Assembly (NCBI RefSeq): GCF_009914755.1
Contig: NC_060930.1
Length of the DNA stretch: 64,000 nucleotides
Source of the DNA: the human T2T-CHM13v2.0 reference genome, Homo sapiens
Direction: 5' to 3' (one strand)
In this document: positions 25,136 to 54,501 of the stretch, piece after piece
Numbering within the stretch: position 1 is the stretch's first letter
How the letters are laid out: the number at the start of each line of letters is the position of its first letter
Program-made: the position numbers and the translations under genes
Notes under the pieces: model-generated
What the model saw: the letters and a program-made list of their open reading frames with translations, nothing else
Told to the model about the DNA's origin: nothing
Database searches by the model: none

Positions 25136-26377
25136 TAGTTCTTATTTTGGTTAGAGTGAAGATTTCTTTCTATTATTTTAAGTTTTTCTAAACTATTACC
25201 TAGTTTGATCCTTGAAGCAGTCAGGAGGTAGTTCAGGCAGGTACCTTATAATTACCTTGATCTTACAGATTGAGAGGGGTTCAGAAGTGGAGCCGCTTGT
25301 CCCACCCCTTACCATGGCAGGCAGGGATTGGTTACTGGAAAAATGTGTAGCCTAGGCCTCCGGCGTCTCATCCATCTGTAGCCTGGGGATAAGGACTAGG
25401 ATGAAGATGTGGAGGACTGTCCTTTTTAAGCCTGTAATACAGGGTATTCCCAAATACAGGTTGCAGGCCCTCCTTCCAATGAGAAGTTTTAGGAAAACTC
25501 AAAATTGATGGGGTTAATTAAACCCCAACAGGCCTCTAAGAAGAAGGAAGATGCTAGAAAATGACCAAGAAGGTTTTAGGATGAGCCCTAAACCTCATCC
25601 TAAAGGATGAGGGCCAGCCAGGGTCTGTTAGGCGGTGCATTTCAGTTGGAGAATTCCCTACCCATCTGACAAAGTCCCATCTGACTCCAGTTGGGCAGAG
25701 GAGGGGTAAGGGGAAAGAGGAGGGTGGCCTTTGGCTTTGGGCTCACTTTCCTCCCCCACCTCACCCACTAGCTTCAACCATCTCCTCCCTCCCTCAATTA
25801 TACCAATCTGAATTCTCCAGGGATTTACCCTGGGTGAGAACAGAGAAGAGAGCTGGTGGTGGGCACCACCCCTGGCTGTGTGATTGGCTCTTTTTGGTCC
25901 TGAGTCTTGCACCTTGCTAGATAGGCAATATTGTCAGTGAGGTGGGCAGGGGATCAATGTCCATAGCTGCCAGATCGCAAGGTCTCATTCTTTCCATTTT
26001 CCCACTGAACTGCGTAGGCTGGATTTTCTCTTAAAGAGAAAGGGCAGCAGTTGACTACAGAAGGAGGGGATGCTGGCAATACGTCAGATCTCACCTCCCC
26101 ACACCTTTGTCCCAGGGCGGCCTCACCCATGTAGCTAGGTCTGGGCTGGCTGTACCTCCTGGGACCCCCCCCACCACGCTGCACTGGGGCGGTGTTAAGG
26201 CAGGACAACAAAGAGCCCTTCTGAACAGGAGATAGATAAGAAGCTGATTAGGGCCAACGGCCCTTCCCCGCCCTTGGCAGCATCTGGGGGTGGGCAGACC
26301 CCTCCATCCTGGGCAGAGTAGGAGGCCTGGGGGCCCATGGGAGCACAGTTTTCTGCAGTGTGCCTTGAAGGTGTGGG

Positions 26378-26441
26378 TGATGAGGGGGTAGAAAGTGGCT
26401 GAAGCGAGATGTTTGTCTAAAAGCACTTTTCTGTCTCCCAG
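26378..26441 (+). ncRNA. MIR6835: microRNA hairpin ending at the 3' splice site (5'-tailed mirtron)
   Basis: 5p arm AGGGGGTAGAAAGTGGCTGAAG pairs with 3p arm AAAAGCACTTTTCTGTCTCCCAG, which ends at the intron AG. Recognised from memory. Confidence 0.8.
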
Positions 26442-26485
26442 CATCCCAGCCATCACTCTTCCACCTGCTCCTTAGAGAAGGGAAG

Positions 26486-26620
26486 ATGAGTGAGTCGAGC
26501 TCGAAGTCCAGCCAGCCCTTGGCCTCCAAGCAGGAAAAGGACGGCACTGAGAAGCGGGGCCGGGGCAGGCCGCGCAAGCAGCCTCCGGTGAGTCCCGGGA
26601 CAGCGCTGGTAGGGAGTCAG
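26486..26620 (+). CDS. HMGA1: HMGA1 coding exon 1 (aa 1-45, AT-hook 1). Exon starts at 26442; HMGA1b uses an internal donor after 26587 (-33 nt)
   Basis: MSESSSKSSQPLASKQEKDGTEKRGRGRPRKQPPVSPGTALVGSQ; donors CCG|GTGAGT and CAG|GTGGGT. Confidence 0.98.
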
Positions 26621-28416
26621 GTGGGTGTCCAAACCTTTGCTTCACTTGGTTTACCCTTTGGGGCTAGGGAGGTGCCTGGAGTTTCATTCAGCAGGCGAGA
26701 ACATGCATGGAGGGTGCAGAATGATTCTGCGCAGTAAGCGTGTGGGTGTGTCCTCCCACCTGTGTGTACTCCTGCCCCACTTGCAACCCTGGTCAGATCT
26801 CTATAGAGACCCCAGGAGAGAACCGGGGGCCGAGGAATTCAAGATAAATTCTGAAGCCAATGGCAAACAGTCCAAACCTAAAGCACCCCAGAGGTCACAT
26901 GGCCAGTGCTTAAAACACTCGCCTTTTTCTTAATTTCCAATCCACTGTGGACCAGTAATTTTAAAATGCAGTAAAGACGAATGAACAAAAATGAACATAG
27001 AAGCCCAGGGTTTTTAATCATTAGATTCAGTGCACGTAAAATGATTTTTGTCAATTTGCTGTAAAGTTGCTGAATACTTATGGTCGATTCTTGTACTTCC
27101 TCATCCCAGGTGAGAAACGGGTGCCTGCGTGGGCCAGCACCTGTTTGTGCACAGGCCAGTTATGAGTAGTTCTGGAATGGGCATTGCCCCTGGCTCTTTA
27201 GATGGAAATTGAAGCCCAAGAAGTCAAAAATGTTGGGGAGTTGGTGGCAGTGACCCTCAGAACCCTGGTGCTGCTCTCCCCACAAAGTCCTCATAGAAGG
27301 ATGAGGCTGCCAGCCTGGCGCTGTGGGGCACCCTAGGGAGCATGGCCATTTGGGCATGGGGGGGACCCCATATTGGCCTCTTACAGAGGCAGCTGTCACC
27401 CAAGTGAAGGGTGGCTGTTGGTGAAGCCCAGTTACTTCCCTTCCCTGGGAGAGAGGTAAGAGGAGTTGAGTTCGACCTCTGCCCCTTAAACATGATACAG
27501 GTTGTTCACCTGCAGGTTTTCCCTGTCCGTACGGTGGAGAGTGGTCTGTGCTGACCTGGGCCCAGGGAGACACGAGCTGTGAGGAGTCTGCTGTGTTGGA
27601 ATTCAGAGCCTGGGGTGGGGTCATTTGTCCTCTTAGCCTAGCTCCCTCAGCCTCCCCTCCTACCCCACCTGTTAGCCATGGTCAGTGGGAGGTGTCAGGA
27701 GGGGTGCAGGGTTACTGGACCCTGGTTATAGACAGACCATGGGCGGCCCCCTAGGAAATAGTAGCTGGCGCGCCTTCACCACACACCTTATATGCATTAT
27801 GCAGCAGCTTTTTATTCTATCTACGGCTTATTAAAATTTCAGTGGGAATGATGGCAGGGATCTCTGGAGTCCGGCTATAATTCCCCTTCTCTGGGGGCAG
27901 CCTGGATGGGCTCCAGGTTTGCAAGTGCAGGCAGGGAGTGTGTGTCCAGCATAGGTCATCTGAGAGGGTGGGCAGTGATCATGGCCCAGTGCTAGATAAC
28001 CATACATTACCCATTTAATCTCCATGACACCCTGCAAGGGAAGTCTTCACCATTTATAGATGAGGAAACTGAGGCTCCAGCATTAAGTGTCCCACCCAAG
28101 ATAAGTGTCAGAACTGAGACTTGGGCAGAGCCACCTAACTGTCTTTCTGTCCCCAGAATGCCTTTCCTAGGGGTCTTCTGGGCTCTTGTCATTTTGCATC
28201 TTAGAAACCTGCAGGGAAGCAAGGGGAGAGGTGGGAGGCACTTTGCAAAGATGCTCAAACTGGAGCTTTGGATCCTGAAGGGATTCCTAGGTCAGGGATG
28301 GTTTGTGGTTCTTGGTTCTTGCTGACTTAACCTTGTTGAGGAGGCAGAGGGCTGTGTCTTCTGAGGGGGTGGAAACAGGTGATGACTGTCCCTGACTACC
28401 CCCTCTGTCTTTACAG

Positions 28417-28500
28417 AAGGAGCCCAGCGAAGTGCCAACACCTAAGAGACCTCGGGGCCGACCAAAGGGAAGCAAAAACAAGGGTGCTGCCAAGACCCGG
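28417..28500 (+). CDS. HMGA1: HMGA1 coding exon 2 (AT-hook 2)
   Basis: TTTACAG|KEPSEVPTPKRPRGRPKGSKNKGAAKTR|GTGAGA, 84 nt. Confidence 0.98.
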
Positions 28501-29172
28501 GTGAGACTTGAGATGGGACTACCCCTGGGTGGATGACTAGCAGAGGATCCTCTTGTTGGCACCATGGCCACGGCTGTGGGGAGGTCTGGGAAGGGGCTCA
28601 GTCATCTCAGTTGTGTACCCCCTTCCCTGGTACAGGGATGGCAGTGAGTCTTTGCTAACTGGGGAGAGTGGGGCGATGACTAAGGTCTTACTTCTGGGGG
28701 GTTGGTCCTGCCCAGGACACTGCGGAGATCAGGTCAGAAGTCCCACAGCTTTCCTGATCTAGAGAAGGGCAGAGTGGGGAGAATGGAGGGTCCCTGCCAG
28801 TCCCTGGGCTGAGAATGTTACCTTCTCTTGGGGTTCCCTGGAGCCTGAAGGGGTGGGGACAGGCAGCAAAGGCCAGATTCACAGTGACATTAGCCTTTCA
28901 GAAAAGTTGTTTTGTTTTTTATTTTATTTTTTCTAAGACACGACTCATATCCTCTGAGTCATGGGCGGAGGTGGGAGTAGGGGGCGTGTGTGTATGTCGA
29001 GGGGGCAAATGTGGCTGGCCAGTCATTGCCAGCTGGACTTGGGTGGGCCTGTTGGGTGAGAGTGTTGGGTCACCCTGAACAGGCAGGTAGGTCTGCCCCC
29101 CATCACTATTGGGCATCGGGTGAGCACTGATGAGCATTTTGGACTTAGGAGATATTTTCTCTAACTCTCTAG

Positions 29173-29223
29173 AAAACCACCACAACTCCAGGAAGGAAAC
29201 CAAGGGGCAGACCCAAAAAACTG
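29173..29223 (+). CDS. HMGA1: HMGA1 coding exon 3 (AT-hook 3)
   Basis: CTCTCTAG|KTTTTPGRKPRGRPKKL|GTAGGT, 51 nt. Confidence 0.98.
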
Positions 29224-30535
29224 GTAGGTGAAGAAGCAGACTGCTGCTTGCCTCCTGGGCTCTTTTGAGTGAGGGTGTTGAGTACACAGTACCTGATGCT
29301 ATGCACCCCCTATGGAAAGGCTCTCCTTGACCTGCTGGGACATCAGATTTTACAGAAGTCCAGAGAGGGGAAGGTACCTGGCCTGGGCTGTGCCCATGAG
29401 AAGTGAGGGGTCCCAGGTATAAATCAGACCACATCCCCCTGCCCTGCCCTGCCCTAGTTGTGTGTGGGGGTCCCTCCCTCTCCTGCTCCTAGAATACTCA
29501 GAACTTCTAGGGGAGATCTTGGAAGTCATCTAGCCTGTGTCCCCCTCAATTAGAGATGAGGAAAGGAAGCCATAGGGGGAAGGTTTGTCCTTCCTATGAG
29601 CCTCTGCAGAAGAGAAACAGCGAAGGAGCTGGGCCCTGGGAGGGGTCGGTGCTGGAGTTCTGATGTGACCCACCACACTGCACTGGAGGGCACCATCCAA
29701 TTCTGGGTCCCCAAACAGCTGGTGGAAAGGCTCGGTGGGCTGAGTCAAGAAGCTGCCTCTAGGGGGCCACTGCAGTTAGGGTCACCCCAGCCTTCCAGCT
29801 CCTGGCCCTCTCCTACCCCCAGCCTGCCCCCTCAAATCCCTGAAGCTGTCATTCCTTGAGCTGAGCCACTGCTGGGGTGGGGGGGTTAGGGGGTGCTGCT
29901 GGCCAGGCCCCAAGAGTGAGTAACAGGAAACAAGTTGTTTTGGAGTTTGTGCCTGGCACGGGGGCTGTAGCCCCGTGTGGTGTCCCGACATTCCCGCCCA
30001 GTGAGTGAGCCCCGGCGGCACACACTTCCCCTTCCTCCCCACCCCGGCCTAGGGTCAGCCCTCGGCCACCCCGGAGGGCCAGGGCACCACAGCACAGCAT
30101 CTGCCCCTGTGGGCCAAGGACCTGGTTCCCCTGCACCCACCAGCGGGCTCTTGCACCTTCCAGCCACCCCTTCCCATTTCCTCCCCCAGCCACCTCTTCC
30201 CCCACCTCCTCTTCTCCCCTAGGGAGTCAGTCACATCCTGAAGCTCATTGCTGCCCTGAGCTCTGCCCTCCTGCCCTCCCTGGGCCTGGGGGCCAAGGGG
30301 GCTTGGCTCCTGGCTCTGGGTGAGAGCAGCATGTGTGTGGGGTTTTTTCCTCCTTTTAAATTCTTTTTATGAATGAAGCCGGGCCGTGGAGGTTGCTGAG
30401 TCACCCACACACTCAGCCCTGACTCATCCCTCTTCAGGAGAGCCAGGGAGTGCAGGGAGCGGGTGGGGGCCAGCCTCTGGGGGTGGAAGAGGGGGACCGG
30501 GCCAGAGCTCACACCAACAACTGCCCACCTCACAG

Positions 30536-30589
30536 GAGAAGGAGGAAGAGGAGGGCATCTCGCAGGAGTCCTCGGAGGAGGAGCAGTGA
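30536..30589 (+). CDS. HMGA1: HMGA1 last coding exon (acidic tail); total 107 aa
   Basis: CTCACAG|EKEEEEGISQESSEEEQ-TGA; 45+28+17+17 = 107 aa. Confidence 0.98.
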   Translation, partial: EKEEEEGISQESSEEEQ

Positions 30590-31935
30590 CCCATGCGTGC
30601 CGCCTGCTCCTCACTGGAGGAGCAGCTTCCTTCTGGGACTGGACAGCTTTGCTCCGCTCCCACCGCCCCCGCCCCTTCCCCAGGCCCACCATCACCACCG
30701 CCTCTGGCCGCCACCCCCATCTTCCACCTGTGCCCTCACCACCACACTACACAGCACACCAGCCGCTGCAGGGCTCCCATGGGCTGAGTGGGGAGCAGTT
30801 TTCCCCTGGCCTCAGTTCCCAGCTCCCCCCGCCCACCCACGCATACACACATGCCCTCCTGGACAAGGCTAACATCCCACTTAGCCGCACCCTGCACCTG
30901 CTGCGTCCCCACTCCCTTGGTGGTGGGGACATTGCTCTCTGGGCTTTTGGTTTGGGGGCGCCCTCTCTGCTCCTTCACTGTTCCCTCTGGCTTCCCATAG
31001 TGGGGCCTGGGAGGGTTCCCCTGGCCTTAAAAGGGGCCCAAGCCCCATCTCATCCTGGCACGCCCTACTCCACTGCCCTGGCAGCAGCAGGTGTGGCCAA
31101 TGGAGGGGGGTGCTGGCCCCCAGGATTCCCCCAGCCAAACTGTCTTTGTCACCACGTGGGGCTCACTTTTCATCCTTCCCCAACTTCCCTAGTCCCCGTA
31201 CTAGGTTGGACAGCCCCCTTCGGCTACAGGAAGGCAGGAGGGGTGAGTCCCCTACTCCCTCTTCACTGTGGCCACAGCCCCCTTGCCCTCCGCCTGGGAT
31301 CTGAGTACATATTGTGGTGATGGAGATGCAGTCACTTATTGTCCAGGTGAGGCCCAAGAGCCCTGTGGCCGCCACCTGAGGTGGGCTGGGGCTGCTCCCC
31401 TAACCCTACTTTGCTTCCGCCACTCAGCCATTTCCCCCTCCTCAGATGGGGCACCAATAACAAGGAGCTCACCCTGCCCGCTCCCAACCCCCCTCCTGCT
31501 CCTCCCTGCCCCCCAAGGTTCTGGTTCCATTTTTCCTCTGTTCACAAACTACCTCTGGACAGTTGTGTTGTTTTTTGTTCAATGTTCCATTCTTCGACAT
31601 CCGTCATTGCTGCTGCTACCAGCGCCAAATGTTCATCCTCATTGCCTCCTGTTCTGCCCACGATCCCCTCCCCCAAGATACTCTTTGTGGGGAAGAGGGG
31701 CTGGGGCATGGCAGGCTGGGTGACCGACTACCCCAGTCCCAGGGAAGGTGGGGCCCTGCCCCTAGGATGCTGCAGCAGAGTGAGCAAGGGGGCCCGAATC
31801 GACCATAAAGGGTGTAGGGGCCACCTCCTCCCCCTGTTCTGTTGGGGAGGGGTAGCCATGATTTGTCCCAGCCTGGGGCTCCCTCTCTGGTTTCCTATTT
31901 GCAGTTACTTGAATAAAAAAAATATCCTTTTCTGG
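30590..31935 (+). other. HMGA1: HMGA1 3' UTR with miRNA seed sites
   Basis: miR-142-3p ACACTACA 30744-30751, miR-196/let-7 ACTACCTC 31548-31555, miR-15/16 TGCTGCTA 31611-31618, miR-26 TACTTGAA 31906-31913. End approximate. Confidence 0.85.
31912..31917 (+). terminator. HMGA1: HMGA1 poly(A) signal
   Basis: AATAAA followed by GT-rich downstream element (TGTGGTGTGTG). Confidence 0.9.
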
Positions 31936-32113
31936 ACTGGAGTCTCCTGTGGTGTGTGCCCCTAAAGCCTGGGGCAGGTAGGATGGGTGACACTTGTGTT
32001 CTGGCCCCCATCCTTCAGGCTGCAGGAAGGGAGGGGAAATAGCACTGGAATCACCTCCGGGGAAGGTCATTTTAAGCCTCTTGATGAAATCAAAACCCCT
32101 AGCCACAAAACAT

Positions 32114-32119
32114 TTTATT
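32114..32119 (-). terminator. SMIM29: SMIM29 poly(A) signal
   Basis: TTTATT on + (AATAAA on -) about 390 nt after the stop codon. Confidence 0.85.
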
Positions 32120-32507
32120 TACAAAATATATACTGAATACTATACATCTGGCCCCATCACCATGGAAACAACTCCAAAGCCTGCCTGGGGATTTGTGCCC
32201 AAGCCCAGCCCAGGAGGGCTAGAGAAAGCAAAGGTGTCTACCAGCCGCCCCCATCCCAGAAGGAAAGCCTCTTCCCATGAGTGCCTGTGGGTGGGCGGTG
32301 AGCTCAACACCCACAAAGGGCAGAAGGCCTGGGGGCAGTGAGGTGATGGTGAGGGCATGGGAAGCAGATGCTGCTGAGGGTGGGTGGAGGGAGAAATGGA
32401 GACCCAGCACCCAGCAGGGGGAGCCAGGTGACAGCAGGGGAAGCAGATGGCAGGGCCCCAGGCAGTCCAGGACCCCAGGCTCTGAAGGGTGGGGCAAGGG
32501 GGTCAGG

Positions 32508-32636
<129 letters not shown>

Positions 32637-32721
32637 TTACAGCCCAAGTAAGCAGAACCAGGCTCTGGTTTCAGTGTGGACGAGTATGGCTGGGAACAGG
32701 GCTGACTCCCACCTTGCCTCA

Positions 32722-33072
<351 letters not shown>

Positions 33073-33173
33073 TCAGGATGGCTGAGGGACATCTTACAGA
33101 AAAGTCAGAGCCTATGAGCAGGAATTTCAGAACGGGTGTGGGGTTAGGGCGGGTGGGGGACAGGGACACTCAC

Positions 33174-33199
33174 CGCTTTTTCTTCTGTACATACATTAC
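33174..33199 (-). CDS. SMIM29: SMIM29 coding micro-exon 2 (26 nt)
   Basis: TTGCAG|VMYVQKKK(R)|GTGAGT; phases join the flanking exons into one frame. Confidence 0.92.
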
Positions 33200-33282
33200 C
33201 TGCAACAGAGACACAGCACTGTGGGGGCTGCTGAGCCCAGGAAGGCCCACAGGCAGAGAGAGGCCCACCTCCACACCCTTCA

Positions 33283-33525
<243 letters not shown>

Positions 33526-34289
33526 TCAGCATGGGCAGTGGCGCTTCGGGAGGGCGCCTCCACTGGGCTCCCTGGGAAGGAGGAAGGGAGGTTATCAGTT
33601 GCACCCAGGTGACATCCAGACTCTGGATCCCTCCCCCAGAGCTGAAGATCTATGAAAACTGGTCCCAGGTCAAATCCTGGGAGGAGGGATCCTCCAGGTA
33701 GATGTACTGGGTGTGACCCTCCAGTGAGTCTTGGCAAATCCTGGCAGGAAAGGGGATCAAGGGAAGGCCTGGATCCAGGGCTGAGTCTTGCCCAACTCCT
33801 ATCCCTAAATCAGGGTGGGGCCCAGCTCAGATGCTGGCCAAACATTTACAAGTCTCAGCTTCTGGGGAAAGATTAAGTGCAGGTTTCAGGTGCCTGCCCC
33901 AGCCCTTTTGGGGCATTGGGCTGCCAGCACCTGTCCAGTGGAGCAAAATGGATAAATGAGGTCTAAAGGAAGGACCTGCACTGCAGCCAGGGGTGAGATG
34001 GGAGCATCTGAAGGAGCCCGCTTCCATCCTGGTCCAATCCCACTTCAAGCGATGGGCTCCATGCCTGAGTTCTATGCCCTTGTCCCTGGTGTCACCTCAG
34101 ACATACAGCCCAAACACCCTCTCCCCCATCTGTCTCGTGTGCCAGGGTGGACACGAGTGGGTAAAGCTGGATTGTATCTTCAAGATGATGTCACCTTCCT
34201 CTTGTCTCCACCCGGGGCTCCGCCCAGGTCCCTCCCCTCCTGGCCTGAGCTGACAGGCAGAGGTGGAGAGGGTCAGTCCCCATCGACAG

Positions 34290-35544
<1,255 letters not shown>

Positions 35545-36019
35545 TGATCCACCTGCCTCAGCCTCCTAAAGTGCTGGGATTACAGGCGTGAGCCACTGGG
35601 CCTGGCCGGATTTTACTTTCTTTTCTCCTAAGAGAGAACACCCTTGTGAGCTAGGCAGGGCAAGTGGAGCAATCGCAATTTGCAGATGAGTTAATTGATG
35701 CTCAAGCAATGAGATGACTTCTCAGGGCCCTTGGCCTGATCATTAAGGGCAGGGTGGGATGAGATGACAGGTGGGCCTCTCTTCTTGGACAGCTCTCTGC
35801 TGACAGCTGCCCCAGAGCTACATTTGAGGCCTGGTGTCTTGCTGTGTTCAGGCTTCATATCTGATGAGAGTACCTCCAAGTATAGCCGGGAAAACTGCAG
35901 CTCTGCCTTCCCTCTTCATGCAGCTACCGTTTCAGGAAGCGGGAGGCTAGGGTGGGGTTGAGGCTACATTGTGCTACCATGCTCGAGTTTTGACTGCCTC
36001 CTGATCCATGCTGCTGTGG

Positions 36020-38190
<2,171 letters not shown>

Positions 38191-38194
38191 ATGA

Positions 38195-40250
<2,056 letters not shown>

Positions 40251-40321
40251 AAAAATATGGACCTATCCAAAGGAATGAAGAATACTGAAAATGGTAGCTA
40301 TGTGAGTATGTATATATGTAA

Positions 40322-44700
<4,379 letters not shown>

Positions 44701-44769
44701 TATTATTTATATTTTACCACTCAGAATATAAGACAGAGATTGGCAGAATGGATTTTAAAATGATCCAAC

Positions 44770-47390
<2,621 letters not shown>

Positions 47391-47818
47391 TTATTTTATT
47401 TATTTATTTATAGATGGAGTCTCGCTCTGTTGCCCAGGCTGGAGTGCAGTGGCGTGATCTTGGCTCATTGTAACCTCCGCCTCCTGGGTTCAAATGATTC
47501 TCCTGCCTCAGCCACCTGAGTAGCTGGGATTACAGGCATGGGCCACCATACCCACCTAATTTTTGTATTTTTTTAGTAGAGACAGGCTTTCACCATGTTG
47601 GTCAGGCTGGTCTCGAACTCCTGACCTCATGATCTGCCTACCTTGGCCTCCCGAAGTGCTGGGATTACAGGCATGAGCCACCACGCCTAGCCAGAAATGT
47701 TTTTTTTTTTTTTTAATTTATTTTACTTTAGTTTTTGAGATGGAGTCTCGCTCTGTTGAAAAAAACAGAAAAAAGTGTTTTTTCTGAGCCACGATGCCCA
47801 GCCTTGAAACGGTTTTTA

Positions 47819-48040
<222 letters not shown>

Positions 48041-48519
48041 TCAGAGGTTGCAGTGAGCCGAAATCATGCCACTGCACTCCAGCCTGGCGACAGAGCGAGA
48101 CTCTGTCTCAAAAAAAAAAAAAAAAGAAAAGAAAATCCAAGTACATTAAGTATATGCTATTTATAAGAAACTTTAGGCCGGGTGCGGTGGCTCACGCCTG
48201 TAATCCCAGCACTTTGGGAGGCCGAGGTGGGTGGATCACGAGGTCAGGAGATTGAGATCATCCTGGCTAACACGGTGAAACCCCGTCTCTACCAAAAATA
48301 CAAAAAATTAGCCAGGCGTGGTGGCGGGCGCCTGTAGTCCCAGCTACTCAGGAGGCTGAGGCAGGAGAATGGTGTGAACCCAGGAGGTGGAGCTTGAGAG
48401 GCAAGAGAATGGCGTGAACCCGGGAGGTGGAGCTTGCAGTGAGCCGAGATAGCGCCACTGCACTCCAGCCTGGGTGACAGAGCAAGACTCTGCCTCAAAA
48501 AAAAAAAAAAAAGAAACTT

Positions 48520-54175
<5,656 letters not shown>

Positions 54176-54501
54176 CAGTGAGACAATAACATACCCCGTG
54201 TATGTTATTTCTTTCAATCTACTAATAATCTTTATGAGGTAGATGTCATTAGCTCCATTTTGAAGCTAGGGACTCTGAGATTAAGGTACTAAGTGACTGG
54301 AGGCTCCAAGGGTAGTGAGTAGTGGGGTCAGGGTACTCCACGCGAACCTGGCAAGGGTGAGCACAGGCAGTGTGACAGTGGGAAACAAGACTGCCCACAT
54401 GATCGTCTCTCTCTTTTTTAATAAAAATATTTTATTATTTATGTTTGAGACAAAATCTCACTCTGTTGCCCAGGCTGGAGTGCAGTGGGATTATGTAGTA
54501 T

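Noticed and set aside
28399-28403. C5 run at -14 to -18 of an HMGA1 acceptor, where I recall a reported intronic C-insertion variant
   Set aside because: Already described, and I cannot tell from this window which allele is present.
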